DNA of 64,000 nt, from the sequence record PQ493298; one strand, given 5' to 3'. The notes under the pieces were generated by a model. It saw nothing but the letters and a program-made list of their open reading frames with translations, had not been told where the DNA came from and searched no databases. The DNA comes from Escherichia phage EPIMAM01. Both the position numbers and the translations under genes were made by a program. This document shows positions 36,970 to 47,050 of this stretch, in pieces. The number at the start of each line of letters is the position of its first letter. The stretch's first letter is position 1.

Positions 36970-37055
36970 TGGTGGGGAGTGATGGAGTCGAACCACCCGA
37001 GTCGCAATGACAATGGATTTACAGTCCACACCGCTACCTCTACGGGATAACTCCC
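36970..37055 (-). tRNA. tRNA-Tyr (anticodon GUA), class II with long variable arm
   Basis: Anticodon loop CUGUAAA; long variable arm; CCA encoded. Confidence 0.65.
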
Positions 37056-37069
37056 CTTAATTCTTAATT

Positions 37070-37144
37070 TGGTGGCCCTGGGTGGAATTGAACCACCATC
37101 TGGCGATTATGAGTCGCTTGCTTGAACCTTCCAGCTACAGGGCC
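37070..37144 (-). tRNA. tRNA with CAU anticodon (Ile via lysidine, as in T4, or Met)
   Basis: Anticodon loop CUCAUAA; sits at the position of T4 tRNA-Ile after tRNA-Thr. Confidence 0.7.
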
Positions 37145-37145
37145 T

Positions 37146-37221
37146 TGGTGCTGATTGACGGAATCGAACCGCCGACCTTCTCATTACAAGTGAGTTGCTC
37201 TACCTACTGAGCTAAATCAGC
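37146..37221 (-). tRNA. tRNA-Thr (anticodon UGU)
   Basis: Anticodon loop CUUGUAA; adjacent to CAU tRNA (dimeric precursor arrangement). Confidence 0.8.
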
Positions 37222-37226
37222 AAAAC

Positions 37227-37316
37227 TGGCGGAGGCGATAGGATTTGAACCTATGAGTCGTCGGAGCGACTGCCGGTTTTCAAGACCGGTGCATTAAACC
37301 ACTCTGCCACGCCTCC
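37227..37316 (-). tRNA. tRNA-Ser (anticodon UGA), class II
   Basis: Anticodon stem CCGGU/ACCGG, loop CUUGAAA; long variable arm. Confidence 0.8.
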
Positions 37317-37318
37317 AG

Positions 37319-37392
37319 TCTCCATACAAGGATTTGAACCTTGGACCTCCTGATCCCAAATCAGGCGCTCTACCAAACTGAGCTACACGGAG
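37319..37392 (-). tRNA. tRNA-Pro (anticodon UGG), CCA not encoded
   Basis: Anticodon loop UUUGGGA; 2-nt spacer to tRNA-Ser (Pro-Ser dimer as in T4). Confidence 0.75.
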
Positions 37393-37402
37393 TAAATTAA
37401 AT

Positions 37403-37476
<74 letters not shown>

Positions 37477-37481
37477 AAATT

Positions 37482-37568
37482 TGGTGCGAGAAGTGGGACT
37501 CGAACCCACAAGGAAATCATTCCGCAGCATTTTAAGTGCTGTGCCTTTACCAATTTGACCATTCTCGC
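37482..37568 (-). tRNA. tRNA-Leu (anticodon UAA), class II
   Basis: Anticodon stem CAGCA/UGCUG, loop CUUAAAA; long variable arm. Confidence 0.8.
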
Positions 37569-37569
37569 G

Positions 37570-37642
37570 CTGAGAATAAAGGACTCGAACCTTTGCATCC
37601 TGGAATCAAAATCCAGTGCCTTACCAACTTGGCTAATTCCCA
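37570..37642 (-). tRNA. tRNA-Gln (anticodon UUG), CCA not encoded
   Basis: Anticodon stem CUGGA/UCCAG, loop UUUUGAU; 1-nt spacer to tRNA-Leu (Gln-Leu dimer as in T4). Confidence 0.75.
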
Positions 37643-37728
37643 ATTATTAACAAAGGCTCTTAAGCAAGAACCCTTGATGATAGAGGGTATTAATCAGTGC
37701 GATATGAGTTAATAATAACAAATAATTC

Positions 37729-38244
37729 TTAAAGCAAATTAAACATTTTAACGGTCGGCAAAACAATTTCTTCTTCTATATAAGAGTATTTAACACTCTC
37801 AACTACACGCAAAAAATCATAATCATAATACTCAGAAGCATTACCTAAAATATTAATAAGTCCTTCAAGCACCTTATTACTATTCACAAAGAATAAGTCA
37901 AATACACGTTCTTCATCTTCTTCAGATTTATTACCAAGATCAACTTCTATGCGAAAGACCTTTTTAATGAATTCTGGATAAAGCTGGTCTGAGAACAGTC
38001 CTTCAACCAAGTATTCATAAATAAAAAGAGATTGCTCGCTGAACAAACCATTACCGCAATAGCGCTCAATTTTAGTACTAGAATATCTGCTTTTAAATTT
38101 CTTTAAAAGATACTGAAATTGTAAGATTTCATGCTCTTCTACGCCAAACAGTGTTTTAGTTTTATAGTTGTCACCATCATTTTCCCAGGTAGTGACATCA
38201 ATTACGTAGCCCTGCGAAATTGTAGTACCTAAACAAATATTCAT
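37729..38244 (-). CDS. Hypothetical protein
   Basis: 171-aa ORF. Confidence 0.55.
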   Translation of the reverse strand: MNICLGTTISQGYVIDVTTWENDGDNYKTKTLFGVEEHEILQFQYLLKKFKSRYSSTKIERYCGNGLFSEQSLFIYEYLVEGLFSDQLYPEFIKKVFRIEVDLGNKSEEDEERVFDLFFVNSNKVLEGLINILGNASEYYDYDFLRVVESVKYSYIEEEIVLPTVKMFNLL

Positions 38245-38247
38245 TTT

Positions 38248-38538
38248 TCACCACGCTGCGTTAATGTAAGTATATTTAATACATTCAAGACCCAAAGGAT
38301 TCTTGAAAATATCATATTCAAGAGGACCTTTTTCTGTTTCAATAAAGAAATCAAAATTTACTGTATTAAATTTACGTTCTTCCTTCACTAATTTAACTTG
38401 AGAAGATGAACGGTCAATGTAAACCTTTTCAACTTCAAAACATGTTAAAATGCCATAATCATCAATCAAAGCTTTAGCCGCGTCTTGATCATATTTATAT
38501 CCATTTTCAATGGATGATACTTTCGCATAAAGAATCAT
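38248..38538 (-). CDS. Hypothetical protein
   Basis: 96-aa ORF. Confidence 0.5.
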   Translation of the reverse strand: MILYAKVSSIENGYKYDQDAAKALIDDYGILTCFEVEKVYIDRSSSQVKLVKEERKFNTVNFDFFIETEKGPLEYDIFKNPLGLECIKYTYINAAW

Positions 38539-38540
38539 TA

Positions 38541-38939
38541 TCAGCCTTCATCAACAATAGTGTGAGTATTAGCATTTACGATTTGCCACCAATCAAAGCG
38601 ATTAGAATCCATCGGTTTGTTTTCATTTTCTTTGATAATGTCACGGAGTTCATCTTCAGAGAATGCTTTAGCAATTAAATCGGTATACCCACCACGGGGA
38701 TAATAATTATCACCTGCAAACAAAAGGAAATTTACCTTCCCGGAAGGAACATATGCTTCCTTAGGATACTTGTTTCCTGCGTGGTCAACCACTTCAATAT
38801 AACGGTAAGGAATATCGGTTCTTTCAACCCATTGCCATGCCGCCGCAGGGGAATCGAAAGCATCTACACCTAAACGATTATCTTCATCTTTAGACGGATT
38901 ATTTTCGTAATCCGCATATACATAATATTCAACGTTCAT
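38541..38939 (-). CDS. Hypothetical acidic protein
   Basis: 132-aa ORF. Confidence 0.55.
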   Translation of the reverse strand: MNVEYYVYADYENNPSKDEDNRLGVDAFDSPAAAWQWVERTDIPYRYIEVVDHAGNKYPKEAYVPSGKVNFLLFAGDNYYPRGGYTDLIAKAFSEDELRDIIKENENKPMDSNRFDWWQIVNANTHTIVDEG

Positions 38940-39124
38940 TATTCACCTTTAGAAATTTTATCCATAACAATAGCAATTAAACCAATTAAAAATGCTACTA
39001 CAAGTGAAAAAACATTTTCTGCCGTAGTCAATAATCCGCATATAAATCCAACAAACATTGAAAAACTGAAAGCGGAAGCAGAAATTGCAATAGCAACATT
39101 TCGAATTAATTCACAACGTTTCAT
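38939..39124 (-). CDS. Small membrane protein (61 aa, two hydrophobic helices)
   Basis: ATG 39124 preceded by GAGGAG; track N-terminal extension rejected. Confidence 0.45.
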   Translation of the reverse strand: MKRCELIRNVAIAISASAFSFSMFVGFICGLLTTAENVFSLVVAFLIGLIAIVMDKISKGE

Positions 39125-39152
39125 TTTATTCTCCTCAGTAGTTGATAGGGTA

Positions 39153-39182
39153 ATAGTATCACTACCCCATCTAAAAGTAAAC
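39153..39182 (-). promoter_or_regulatory. Early promoter with -10 inside inverted repeat (gggta / taccc)
   Basis: gtaaac 39177-39182, atagta 39153-39158. Confidence 0.5.
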
Positions 39183-39416
39183 TTATTTTTTACGAAAAAT
39201 TGATTTATTTTCTGCTGCCCATTTTTCAATAACTGCAGCAGGACCAGTAACAACAATTTTATCACCGTAATCTTCTGCGGCGAGTTGACCGAAATTATCT
39301 AATGCATCACGAAGAACTCCATGAGGCATTTCACCCATTTTATCTTTCTTGCCGGTGTAAATAAACTCAACTTTTACATCAGAAGATTCAGCGATAAACT
39401 CTTTGAAAGTTTTCAT
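39183..39416 (-). CDS. Internal protein (IPI-like) with capsid targeting sequence
   Basis: 77 aa from ATG 39416; N-terminus MKTFKEFIAES. Confidence 0.6.
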   Translation of the reverse strand: MKTFKEFIAESSDVKVEFIYTGKKDKMGEMPHGVLRDALDNFGQLAAEDYGDKIVVTGPAAVIEKWAAENKSIFRKK

Positions 39417-39453
39417 TTTAGTTTCCATTCGATTGTTTTGTTTTGATAGGGTA

Positions 39454-39483
39454 ATAGTATCACAACTAAAACCCTATGTAAAC
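39454..39483 (-). promoter_or_regulatory. Early promoter with -10 inside inverted repeat (agggt / accct)
   Basis: gtaaac 39478-39483, atagta 39454-39459. Confidence 0.5.
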
Positions 39484-39495
39484 AACTTTGTGAAA

Positions 39496-39753
39496 TTATT
39501 TTAAATCTTCTAATCGTTTCTTCATCTTAGAACCATTTTTAGCAATTTCTCCTGCATCGGAGCATAATGCTAAAAGTGCTTTAACTTTAGTTTGGTCTCC
39601 TTTAAAAGATGAAGGATCGACTGCAGCAGCAAGTTCTTTAATACGAGAGAAAAGACGCTCAGCTTCAGCTAAAGCCATTCCAAGCTTTACTTCCATACCG
39701 TGGGAAGATTCAGTGATAGTAGTTTTTGCAGCAAACTCTTTGAAAGTTTTCAT
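39496..39753 (-). CDS. Internal protein with capsid targeting sequence
   Basis: 85 aa; N-terminus MKTFKEFAAKT. Confidence 0.6.
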   Translation of the reverse strand: MKTFKEFAAKTTITESSHGMEVKLGMALAEAERLFSRIKELAAAVDPSSFKGDQTKVKALLALCSDAGEIAKNGSKMKKRLEDLK

Positions 39754-39795
39754 TTTATTTTCCTAATTAATTTTGATGAGGTAATAGTATCACTA

Positions 39796-39825
39796 CCTCA
39801 TCAGCATGTAAACAACTTTGTGAAA
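39796..39825 (-). promoter_or_regulatory. Early promoter with -10 inside 9-bp inverted repeat (gatgaggta / tacctcatc)
   Basis: gtaaac 39820-39825, atagta 39796-39801. Confidence 0.5.
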
Positions 39826-40522
<697 letters not shown>

Positions 40523-40523
<1 letters not shown>

Positions 40524-41248
40524 TATAGTACCTTTAGTGTATTTTTAATTTTAGAAAAAAGTTCTTCAAGAGAACCATCGTTTGTAATTACTAAATCGCC
40601 ATCACGAATTGGCAATCCAGCTTCTGTAATATGTGTATCATTGGATTTTTGACCAGGACGAACTACATGAATTACTGTAGCACCCATCGCCCTAGCCGCA
40701 TCCATTTCATGATCTTGACGGGTATCAGGAACGATATAATAATCATAACCTGAGTTAAATTTATCAAGATAATCTAAAGCAAATAATTTTACCCAATACA
40801 TGCGGTCGAAGTTATTAACAATCAAATCCGTACCTAGGGCTTGCATCAGACGACGGACTGACCATTGATCTTCAATATTATTTATAATGTCAGTAATCTT
40901 GTTAAATGCTACGGAATTAACTGATTCTTGTCCTTCGTCATCAAAAACAAACACACCTTTAATTGGGCTTTTACCATTAAGATAGCAAAATGCTTGTTCC
41001 ATAATCGTGATTACTTCTAATTTAGTTAGATTTAAATTAGTCTCACGATCATAGTCAATTCCTTCAAACTCTTTACGAGTTAAGCAAGGATAGTCGGTAT
41101 TTGCTGCAAATACTCCCCATGCATAAGCCAATGCATCCTTAATAGGACCAGCAAGTTGGTATTTAACTGCAGAATAATTGCTCATGATAAAATCAGCAGT
41201 AGTATCTTTTCCACTACGCTTTACACCACTTAAAAAGATTAGTTTCAT
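40523..41248 (-). CDS. 1: Deoxynucleoside monophosphate kinase gp1
   Basis: 241 aa; P-loop GVKRSGKDT. Confidence 0.9.
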
Positions 41249-41297
41249 ATGTTTCTCCTCAAATTTAGTTAAGATTATAACACATGAAACTGAAGCA

Positions 41298-41828
41298 TTA
41301 AACTTCTGCTATAATTTTACCATCTTTTTCTACTTGAAAATACGTATAAGGAATCGTTGCTGTACATACTAAAGCCGGGTCTGAATCTTCTGTGTAGCTA
41401 AATTCTACTTCAGATAGGTCAGAAACCCAAGGCTTATAAAAATTTATTGACATCACGATTTCAGTTTTGCTATTATCTAAAATGTAAAGCGTAATGTATT
41501 CAGGACCTGTTTTTTGGGCAGTATTTTCGCCTGTAAGATAGTTACTAGTTCCTAGCATCCATTCATACATTCCTATCCACGACTTAAGCTCTTCGTCAAC
41601 TATAAATCTCACGATGAGTGGATCGTATTCAAATGTAACTCCTGGACGTTGTGCTCTGCCTAGTCCAAACGGCCCAGTCACGGTATCAGTAACAGGTATC
41701 CTAATTCCTGGAATAGGAACTGACTGAGCATTTAAAGTAAAAGCAGATGTAGTATTACTATGTGGTATTGATACTACAAAGTTAGTTGTATTTGCTTGGT
41801 TAAAAATTTGTTGCAGTGCTTGCGACAT
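41298..41828 (-). CDS. 3: Tail completion/sheath stabiliser gp3
   Basis: 176 aa from ATG 41828 (MSQALQQIFNQ...) with GAGGA Shine-Dalgarno. Confidence 0.85.
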   Translation of the reverse strand: MSQALQQIFNQANTTNFVVSIPHSNTTSAFTLNAQSVPIPGIRIPVTDTVTGPFGLGRAQRPGVTFEYDPLIVRFIVDEELKSWIGMYEWMLGTSNYLTGENTAQKTGPEYITLYILDNSKTEIVMSINFYKPWVSDLSEVEFSYTEDSDPALVCTATIPYTYFQVEKDGKIIAEV

Positions 41829-41934
41829 ATATTCCTCATAATGCTTTATAAATGTTGGTGGTATAATGGGTCTAAGTCCCTTCCATTCAATTCCAATTAG
41901 AACAAACAATAGAAAAGAATGGAAGATAATAGAA

Positions 41935-42594
41935 TTAATTTATTAGACTTCTTAAACGAGCAGAAGTCATAAATGGAAATTTTTCTAAAGTTGGCTTTCG
42001 CCAATATCTTGGATGACAAGTTGATTTAAAATCAAGAACAACTTTCTTTGCTTCATCAATAGTGTTAACTCCAAAGTTATCTAACATTATTTTCTTTTCT
42101 TTTTCCCACCGTTTATTAGCTAAAGCAGATTGAAGCTTTTTGTTTTTAAATGTGTCATTTTTTCTAGAATGAGTTGTGCCTTGTGTCGGACTCCATCCTC
42201 TTCCTAAAATAAATCCCTCAGGAATTATATCTCCATCATGTAATTTTATACATCTTTTACCATTATTATAATATTTTCGTCCAGTTTGTGTATTTGAAAT
42301 ATTATTTGCATGTTTTCTTTTTAACCAACCATAAACTTTATTATTTCTCCTAACATATTTAGTTGAAACCGTCATTTTTATGGCTGCATAAGATAATTTT
42401 AAAGAATTTGGGTGTATTTTTACTAATAGCTGATGTGCAACATAATGCTCTTCTGGAGTTAAATCAACCAAGTTAGAAGCATCATTACTACCGCCTAAAC
42501 ATTTCGGAATAATATGATGTCTTTCTTTATATCCAGTAAGGGCTCTATTGCGAGCCCTATCAATTAGTGAATTATAAATTTTTTCATAATTCAT
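41935..42594 (-). CDS. Free-standing HNH homing endonuclease
   Basis: 219 aa from ATG 42594 (ATGA overlap with gene 2 stop); HNH core [27 protein letters not shown]; very basic C-terminal half. Confidence 0.7.
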   Translation of the reverse strand: MNYEKIYNSLIDRARNRALTGYKERHHIIPKCLGGSNDASNLVDLTPEEHYVAHQLLVKIHPNSLKLSYAAIKMTVSTKYVRRNNKVYGWLKRKHANNISNTQTGRKYYNNGKRCIKLHDGDIIPEGFILGRGWSPTQGTTHSRKNDTFKNKKLQSALANKRWEKEKKIMLDNFGVNTIDEAKKVVLDFKSTCHPRYWRKPTLEKFPFMTSARLRSLIN

Positions 42595-43418
42595 CGTACA
42601 TTGCTCCAAACTTTGTTTGCAGAGAAACGTTTTCCTTTGGAGTAGAAGCTTTGGAGTGGCATTAACACAACGTTCGCCCAGTCTTTCGGGGCGATTTCAA
42701 CAAGGCTACCCATAATATTACCGGGGATATATGCCTTAATCATTTGGTCTGCACCCCTAAATCCTTTCACTTGACTCCAATCAATTTTTAATTTCGTTTT
42801 ATTAGTAATAGTAGGTGTATTTGAATATTGCTTTAAAAGCTCTTCTAGAAATTGCTGACGAGCTTTAGGTGGAATATAGTGCAAGTTCAATCCATACATT
42901 AAATTATGTTTACCTAAACCAAGATAAATTATCAAAGGAAATTTATCCCAGTAAGGAAGAGTTTCCTTGTGTTTAGCATCATAAGCAAAAGCATATATTC
43001 GTCCCGGCTGCGGGCGAACAACCTTATGTCCTTTTACTTGCTTAATAGTTTCAGCAAACCACTTTCTGGTTTTATTATTAATTGCTGCACCTTCATTACG
43101 AATTTTATCACGCAATGTTTGCCTGAATGAATTTATCATAAGCAGTTGTCTTTCTTGCTTATTGAGTTTATTCATTGGTTTTGATTCAAGCTTTTGAATC
43201 TTTTCAGCTGTTTTAATTCCTGAAGCATATTTTGACATTGCCGAAGTAAACGTAGAGTATTTGATTCCTCTTTCTTCAGCAAATTTCTTTCCTGTCATTC
43301 CTTTTGCTTTGGCCTTTTTGTATTCAAGACCTATCTGAATCCATTTCTTTTCGTTTAATGATTGCTTAACCTTTGGAACTTGGGGAGTGCTTTCATTAAT
43401 TATTTGAAAAATAGCCAT
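42591..43418 (-). CDS. 2: DNA end-protector protein gp2
   Basis: 275 aa; position between genes 4 and 3. Confidence 0.8.
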   Translation of the reverse strand: MAIFQIINESTPQVPKVKQSLNEKKWIQIGLEYKKAKAKGMTGKKFAEERGIKYSTFTSAMSKYASGIKTAEKIQKLESKPMNKLNKQERQLLMINSFRQTLRDKIRNEGAAINNKTRKWFAETIKQVKGHKVVRPQPGRIYAFAYDAKHKETLPYWDKFPLIIYLGLGKHNLMYGLNLHYIPPKARQQFLEELLKQYSNTPTITNKTKLKIDWSQVKGFRGADQMIKAYIPGNIMGSLVEIAPKDWANVVLMPLQSFYSKGKRFSANKVWSNVR

Positions 43419-43870
43419 TATGCCCCCTTAAAGCCAAGAGCTCGTAATCCATCTTCTGTTAAAATTCTAAATTTTATTCCACGCTTTTCAGCTAAAGATT
43501 GCGCTGCTTTCCATTTGTCAGTATTAACGGAATATGTATAAATTTCATTCATAAATCTTTTCTTCGCTGCAGTTGTTAGATGTGCCGGTTTAACTGGTGG
43601 TTGTGTTTCTTTTTTAGGTTTTATTTCAATAAAAAATTCTTGTCCAGAAGAATCTTTCATCCAAATATCCATGAAGTATCTACGTTTTTTCCCTTCTGCA
43701 TTACAAAAATAAGGAATTACTGCTGTTTCACTACCCCATGCAATAATTTCTGGATTTTTATCTAACCATTCAAAAAAGAATTTTTCCCAATTTGATCTAT
43801 ACGTAATTTTTTTAGGGTCACCTCTATATTTTGATATATTTTTAGGAACCCATTTTCCAGAATATGCCAT
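43418..43870 (-). CDS. 4: Head completion protein gp4
   Basis: 150 aa; [30 protein letters not shown]... Confidence 0.85.
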   Translation of the reverse strand: MAYSGKWVPKNISKYRGDPKKITYRSNWEKFFFEWLDKNPEIIAWGSETAVIPYFCNAEGKKRRYFMDIWMKDSSGQEFFIEIKPKKETQPPVKPAHLTTAAKKRFMNEIYTYSVNTDKWKAAQSLAEKRGIKFRILTEDGLRALGFKGA

Positions 43871-43881
43871 TGGATTCTCCT

Positions 43882-43889
43882 TATAAATA
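43882..43889 (+). promoter_or_regulatory. T4 late promoter TATAAATA upstream of gene 53
   Basis: Exact TATAAATA about 29 nt upstream of the ATG. Confidence 0.6.
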
Positions 43890-43896
43890 GATAATA

Positions 43897-43904
43897 TATT
43901 TATA
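43897..43904 (-). promoter_or_regulatory. T4 late promoter TATAAATA (minus strand) upstream of gene 4
   Basis: Forward tatttata; divergent from the gene 53 promoter. Confidence 0.55.
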
Positions 43905-43917
43905 AACAGGAGGGCCC

Positions 43918-44508
43918 ATGCTCTTTACATTTTTTGATCCGATTGAATATGCGGCCAAAACGGTGAATAAAAACGCGCCGACTATTCCTATGACAGATAT
44001 TTTTAGAAACTATAAAGACTATTTCAAACGTGCTCTTGCGGGATACCGCTTACGTACTTATTATATTAAAGGTTCACCACGTCCGGAAGAATTAGCAAAT
44101 GCTATATATGGAAATCCGCAGTTGTATTGGGTTTTATTGATGTGTAATGATAATTATGATCCGTATTATGGATGGATTACTTCGCAAGAAGCTGCTTATC
44201 AAGCATCTATACAAAAATACAAAAACGTAGGTGGAGACCAAATAGTATATCATGTGAATGAGAACGGTGAAAAATTTTATAATTTAATATCATACGATGA
44301 TAATCCATATGTTTGGTATGACAAAGGCGATAAAGCTAGAAAATATCCTCAATATGAAGGAGCACTTGCTGCGGTCGATACGTATGAAGCTGCTGTTCTT
44401 GAAAATGAAAAACTTCGTCAAATAAAAATAATAGCAAAATCAGACATCAATTCATTTATGAACGACCTTATACGTATAATGGAGAAATCTTATGGAAATG
44501 ATAAGTAA
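43918..44508 (+). CDS. 53: Baseplate wedge protein gp53
   Basis: 196 aa; first gene of the plus-strand baseplate cluster. Confidence 0.85.
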   Translation: MLFTFFDPIEYAAKTVNKNAPTIPMTDIFRNYKDYFKRALAGYRLRTYYIKGSPRPEELANAIYGNPQLYWVLLMCNDNYDPYYGWITSQEAAYQASIQKYKNVGGDQIVYHVNENGEKFYNLISYDDNPYVWYDKGDKARKYPQYEGALAAVDTYEAAVLENEKLRQIKIIAKSDINSFMNDLIRIMEKSYGNDK

Positions 44509-46219
44509 TAACCTTAATTGGTTTGTTGGTGTTGTTGAAGATAGAATGGACCCATTAAAATTAGGTCGTGTTCGTGTTCGTGTGGTTGGTCTGCATCCAC
44601 CTCAAAGAGCGCAAGGTGATGTAATGGGTATTCCAACTGATAAATTACCGTGGATGTCAGTTATTCAACCCATAACTTCCGCAGCAATGTCTGGAATTGG
44701 AGGCTCCGTTACTGGTCCTGTAGAAGGAACTAGAGTCTATGGTCATTTTTTAGACAAATGGAAAACTAACGGAATTGTCCTTGGCACGTATGGTGGAATA
44801 GTTCGCGAAAAACCTAATAGACTTGAAGGATTTTCTGATCCGACTGGACAGTATCCTAGACGTCTAGGAAATGATACTAACGTATTAAACCAAGGCGGAG
44901 AAGTAGGATATGATTCGTCTTCTAATATTATCCAAGATAGCAATCTAGACACTGCGATAAATCCCGATGATAGACCGCTATCAGAAATTCCAACTGATGA
45001 TAATCCAAATATGTCAATGGCTGAAATGCTTCGCCGTGATGAAGGATTAAGACTAAAAGTTTATTGGGATACCGAAGGATATCCGACAATTGGTATTGGT
45101 CATCTTATCATGAAGCAGCCAGTTCGTGATATGACCCAAATTAATAAAGTTTTATCAAAACAAGTTGGTCGTGAAATTACTGGAAATCCAGGTTCTATTA
45201 CAATGGAAGAAGCGGTAACTTTATTTGAACGTGATTTGGCTGATATGCAACGTGACATTAAATCACATTCTAAAGTTGGCCCAGTTTGGCAGGCAGTTAA
45301 TCGTTCTCGTCAAATGGCATTAGAAAATATGGCATTTCAGATGGGCGTTGGTGGTGTAGCTAAATTTAACACAATGTTAACTGCTATGTTAGCTGGAGAT
45401 TGGGAAAAGGCATATAAAGCTGGTCGTGATTCATTGTGGTATCAACAAACAAAAGGCCGTGCATCTCGTGTTACCATGATTATTCTTACAGGTAATTTGG
45501 AATCATACGGTATTGAAGTGAAAACACCGTCTAGGTCTTTGTCAGCAATGGCTGCTACTGTAGCAAAGTCTTCTGATCCAGCTGATCCTCCTATTCCGAA
45601 TGATTCGAGAATTTTATTTAAAGAACCTGTTTCTTCATATAAAGGTGAATATCCGTATGTTCACACAATGGAAACTGAAAGCGGTCATATTCAGGAATTT
45701 GATGATACCCCTGGGCAAGAACGATACAGATTAGTTCATCCGACTGGAACATATGAGGAAGTATCACCCTCAGGAAGAAGAACAAGAAAAACTGTTGATA
45801 ATTTGTATGATATAACAAATGCTGATGGTAATTTTTTGGTAGCCGGTGATAAAAAGACTAACGTCGGTGGGTCAGAAATTTATTACAACATGGATAATCG
45901 TCTCCACCAAATAGATGGAAGCAATACAATATTTGTACGTGGCGATGAAACTAAGACGGTTGAAGGTAATGGAACTATCCTAGTCAAAGGTAATGTTACT
46001 ATTGTAGTTGAAGGTAATGCTGACATTACAGTTAAAGGAGATGCTACCACTTTAGTTGAAGGAAACCAGACTAATACAGTAAATGGAAATCTTTCTTGGA
46101 AAGTTGCTGGGACAGTTGATTGGGACGTTGGTGGTGATTGGACGGAAAAAATGGCATCTATGAGTTCTATTTCATCTGGTCAATACACAATTGATGGATC
46201 GAGGATTGACATTGGCTAA
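44492..46219 (+). CDS. 5: Baseplate central spike with lysozyme domain gp5
   Basis: 575 aa; OB-fold N-terminus, lysozyme domain (EMLRRDEGLRLKVYWDTEGYPTIGIGH), C-terminal VxGxxxxx beta-helix repeats. Confidence 0.9.
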   Translation: MEMISNNLNWFVGVVEDRMDPLKLGRVRVRVVGLHPPQRAQGDVMGIPTDKLPWMSVIQPITSAAMSGIGGSVTGPVEGTRVYGHFLDKWKTNGIVLGTYGGIVREKPNRLEGFSDPTGQYPRRLGNDTNVLNQGGEVGYDSSSNIIQDSNLDTAINPDDRPLSEIPTDDNPNMSMAEMLRRDEGLRLKVYWDTEGYPTIGIGHLIMKQPVRDMTQINKVLSKQVGREITGNPGSITMEEAVTLFERDLADMQRDIKSHSKVGPVWQAVNRSRQMALENMAFQMGVGGVAKFNTMLTAMLAGDWEKAYKAGRDSLWYQQTKGRASRVTMIILTGNLESYGIEVKTPSRSLSAMAATVAKSSDPADPPIPNDSRILFKEPVSSYKGEYPYVHTMETESGHIQEFDDTPGQERYRLVHPTGTYEEVSPSGRRTRKTVDNLYDITNADGNFLVAGDKKTNVGGSEIYYNMDNRLHQIDGSNTIFVRGDETKTVEGNGTILVKGNVTIVVEGNADITVKGDATTLVEGNQTNTVNGNLSWKVAGTVDWDVGGDWTEKMASMSSISSGQYTIDGSRIDIG

Positions 46220-46253
46220 TATACTTCCAATGAGCGCTGATTTAGGAGAATCC

Positions 46254-46748
46254 ATGGAAGGTTCTTCTATCGACGTCACCTTTACCGCTCAATTAGAAAC
46301 AGGTGAAACGTTAGTATCTATAAATATAACTAGTTACGAAGAAACTCCTGGGGTTTTAGTAGAAGAAAATCGTTTATATGGAACGTATGAATCTGTGTTT
46401 GGATTTGGAAATGATGCGTTGAAATATCGTTTAGATAATGAATTTAAAACTGCTGCTTCATGGGAAGACCTTCCAACTGATTCTAATACCCAATTGTATT
46501 TATGGAAAGCTCCTCAGAACCTCCAGAAGACATTCACTTACGAAGTAACATTAATATATGACTACCAAGAACAAAGTGAATCTGGAGGTTCTGGTAGTAA
46601 TTCTAGGTCATCTTCTGATACCACTGAACCAACTGATCCTCCAGCTCCAATAAGAAAAACTCTTGTTAAAAATTATACAAAAACTATAGTTGGAAATTGG
46701 AGTCGTTGGGCTAATAAATTGAGAAGCTACGTGTATGAGAGGCAATAA
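46254..46748 (+). CDS. Hypothetical protein (5.1 position); start uncertain (46194/46230/46254)
   Basis: ATG 46254 has AGGAGA Shine-Dalgarno; Ser/Gly-rich linker [23 protein letters not shown]. Confidence 0.5.
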
Positions 46749-47042
46749 ATGTCAGGATTAAGCTATGATAAGTGTGTTACTGCTGGCCATGAAGCATGGC
46801 CTCCAACAGTTGTGAATGCTACACAAAGTAAAGTATTCACTGGAGGAATTGCTGTTCTCGTAGCAGGCGATCCAATTACAGAACATACAGAAATTAAAAA
46901 GCCATATGAAACACATGGCGGAGTGACACAACCTAGAACTTCTAAGGTATATGTCACTGGAAAGAAAGCTGTTCAAATGGCTGATCCAATATCATGCGGT
47001 GATACTGTGGCTCAGGCATCATCTAAAGTATTCATTAAATAG
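46749..47042 (+). CDS. 5.4: PAAR-repeat spike tip protein gp5.4
   Basis: 97 aa; [19 protein letters not shown]... Confidence 0.8.
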
Positions 47043-47050
47043 GATTTAAA

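Noticed and set aside
37643-37667. Possible MotA-box middle promoter (TTGCTTA with TAATAAT) upstream of tRNA-Gln
   Set aside because: The putative -10 ends 1 nt from the mature tRNA 5' end, so the predicted start would fall inside the tRNA.
44743-44952. Minus-strand ORFs inside plus-strand late genes (44743-44952, 46758-46976, 48559-48813, 50828-51217, 52474-52809, 54895-55116, 56118-56396, 56813-57061, 59745-59927, 62322-62510)
   Set aside because: Antisense to long, syntenic structural genes; typical shadow ORFs.
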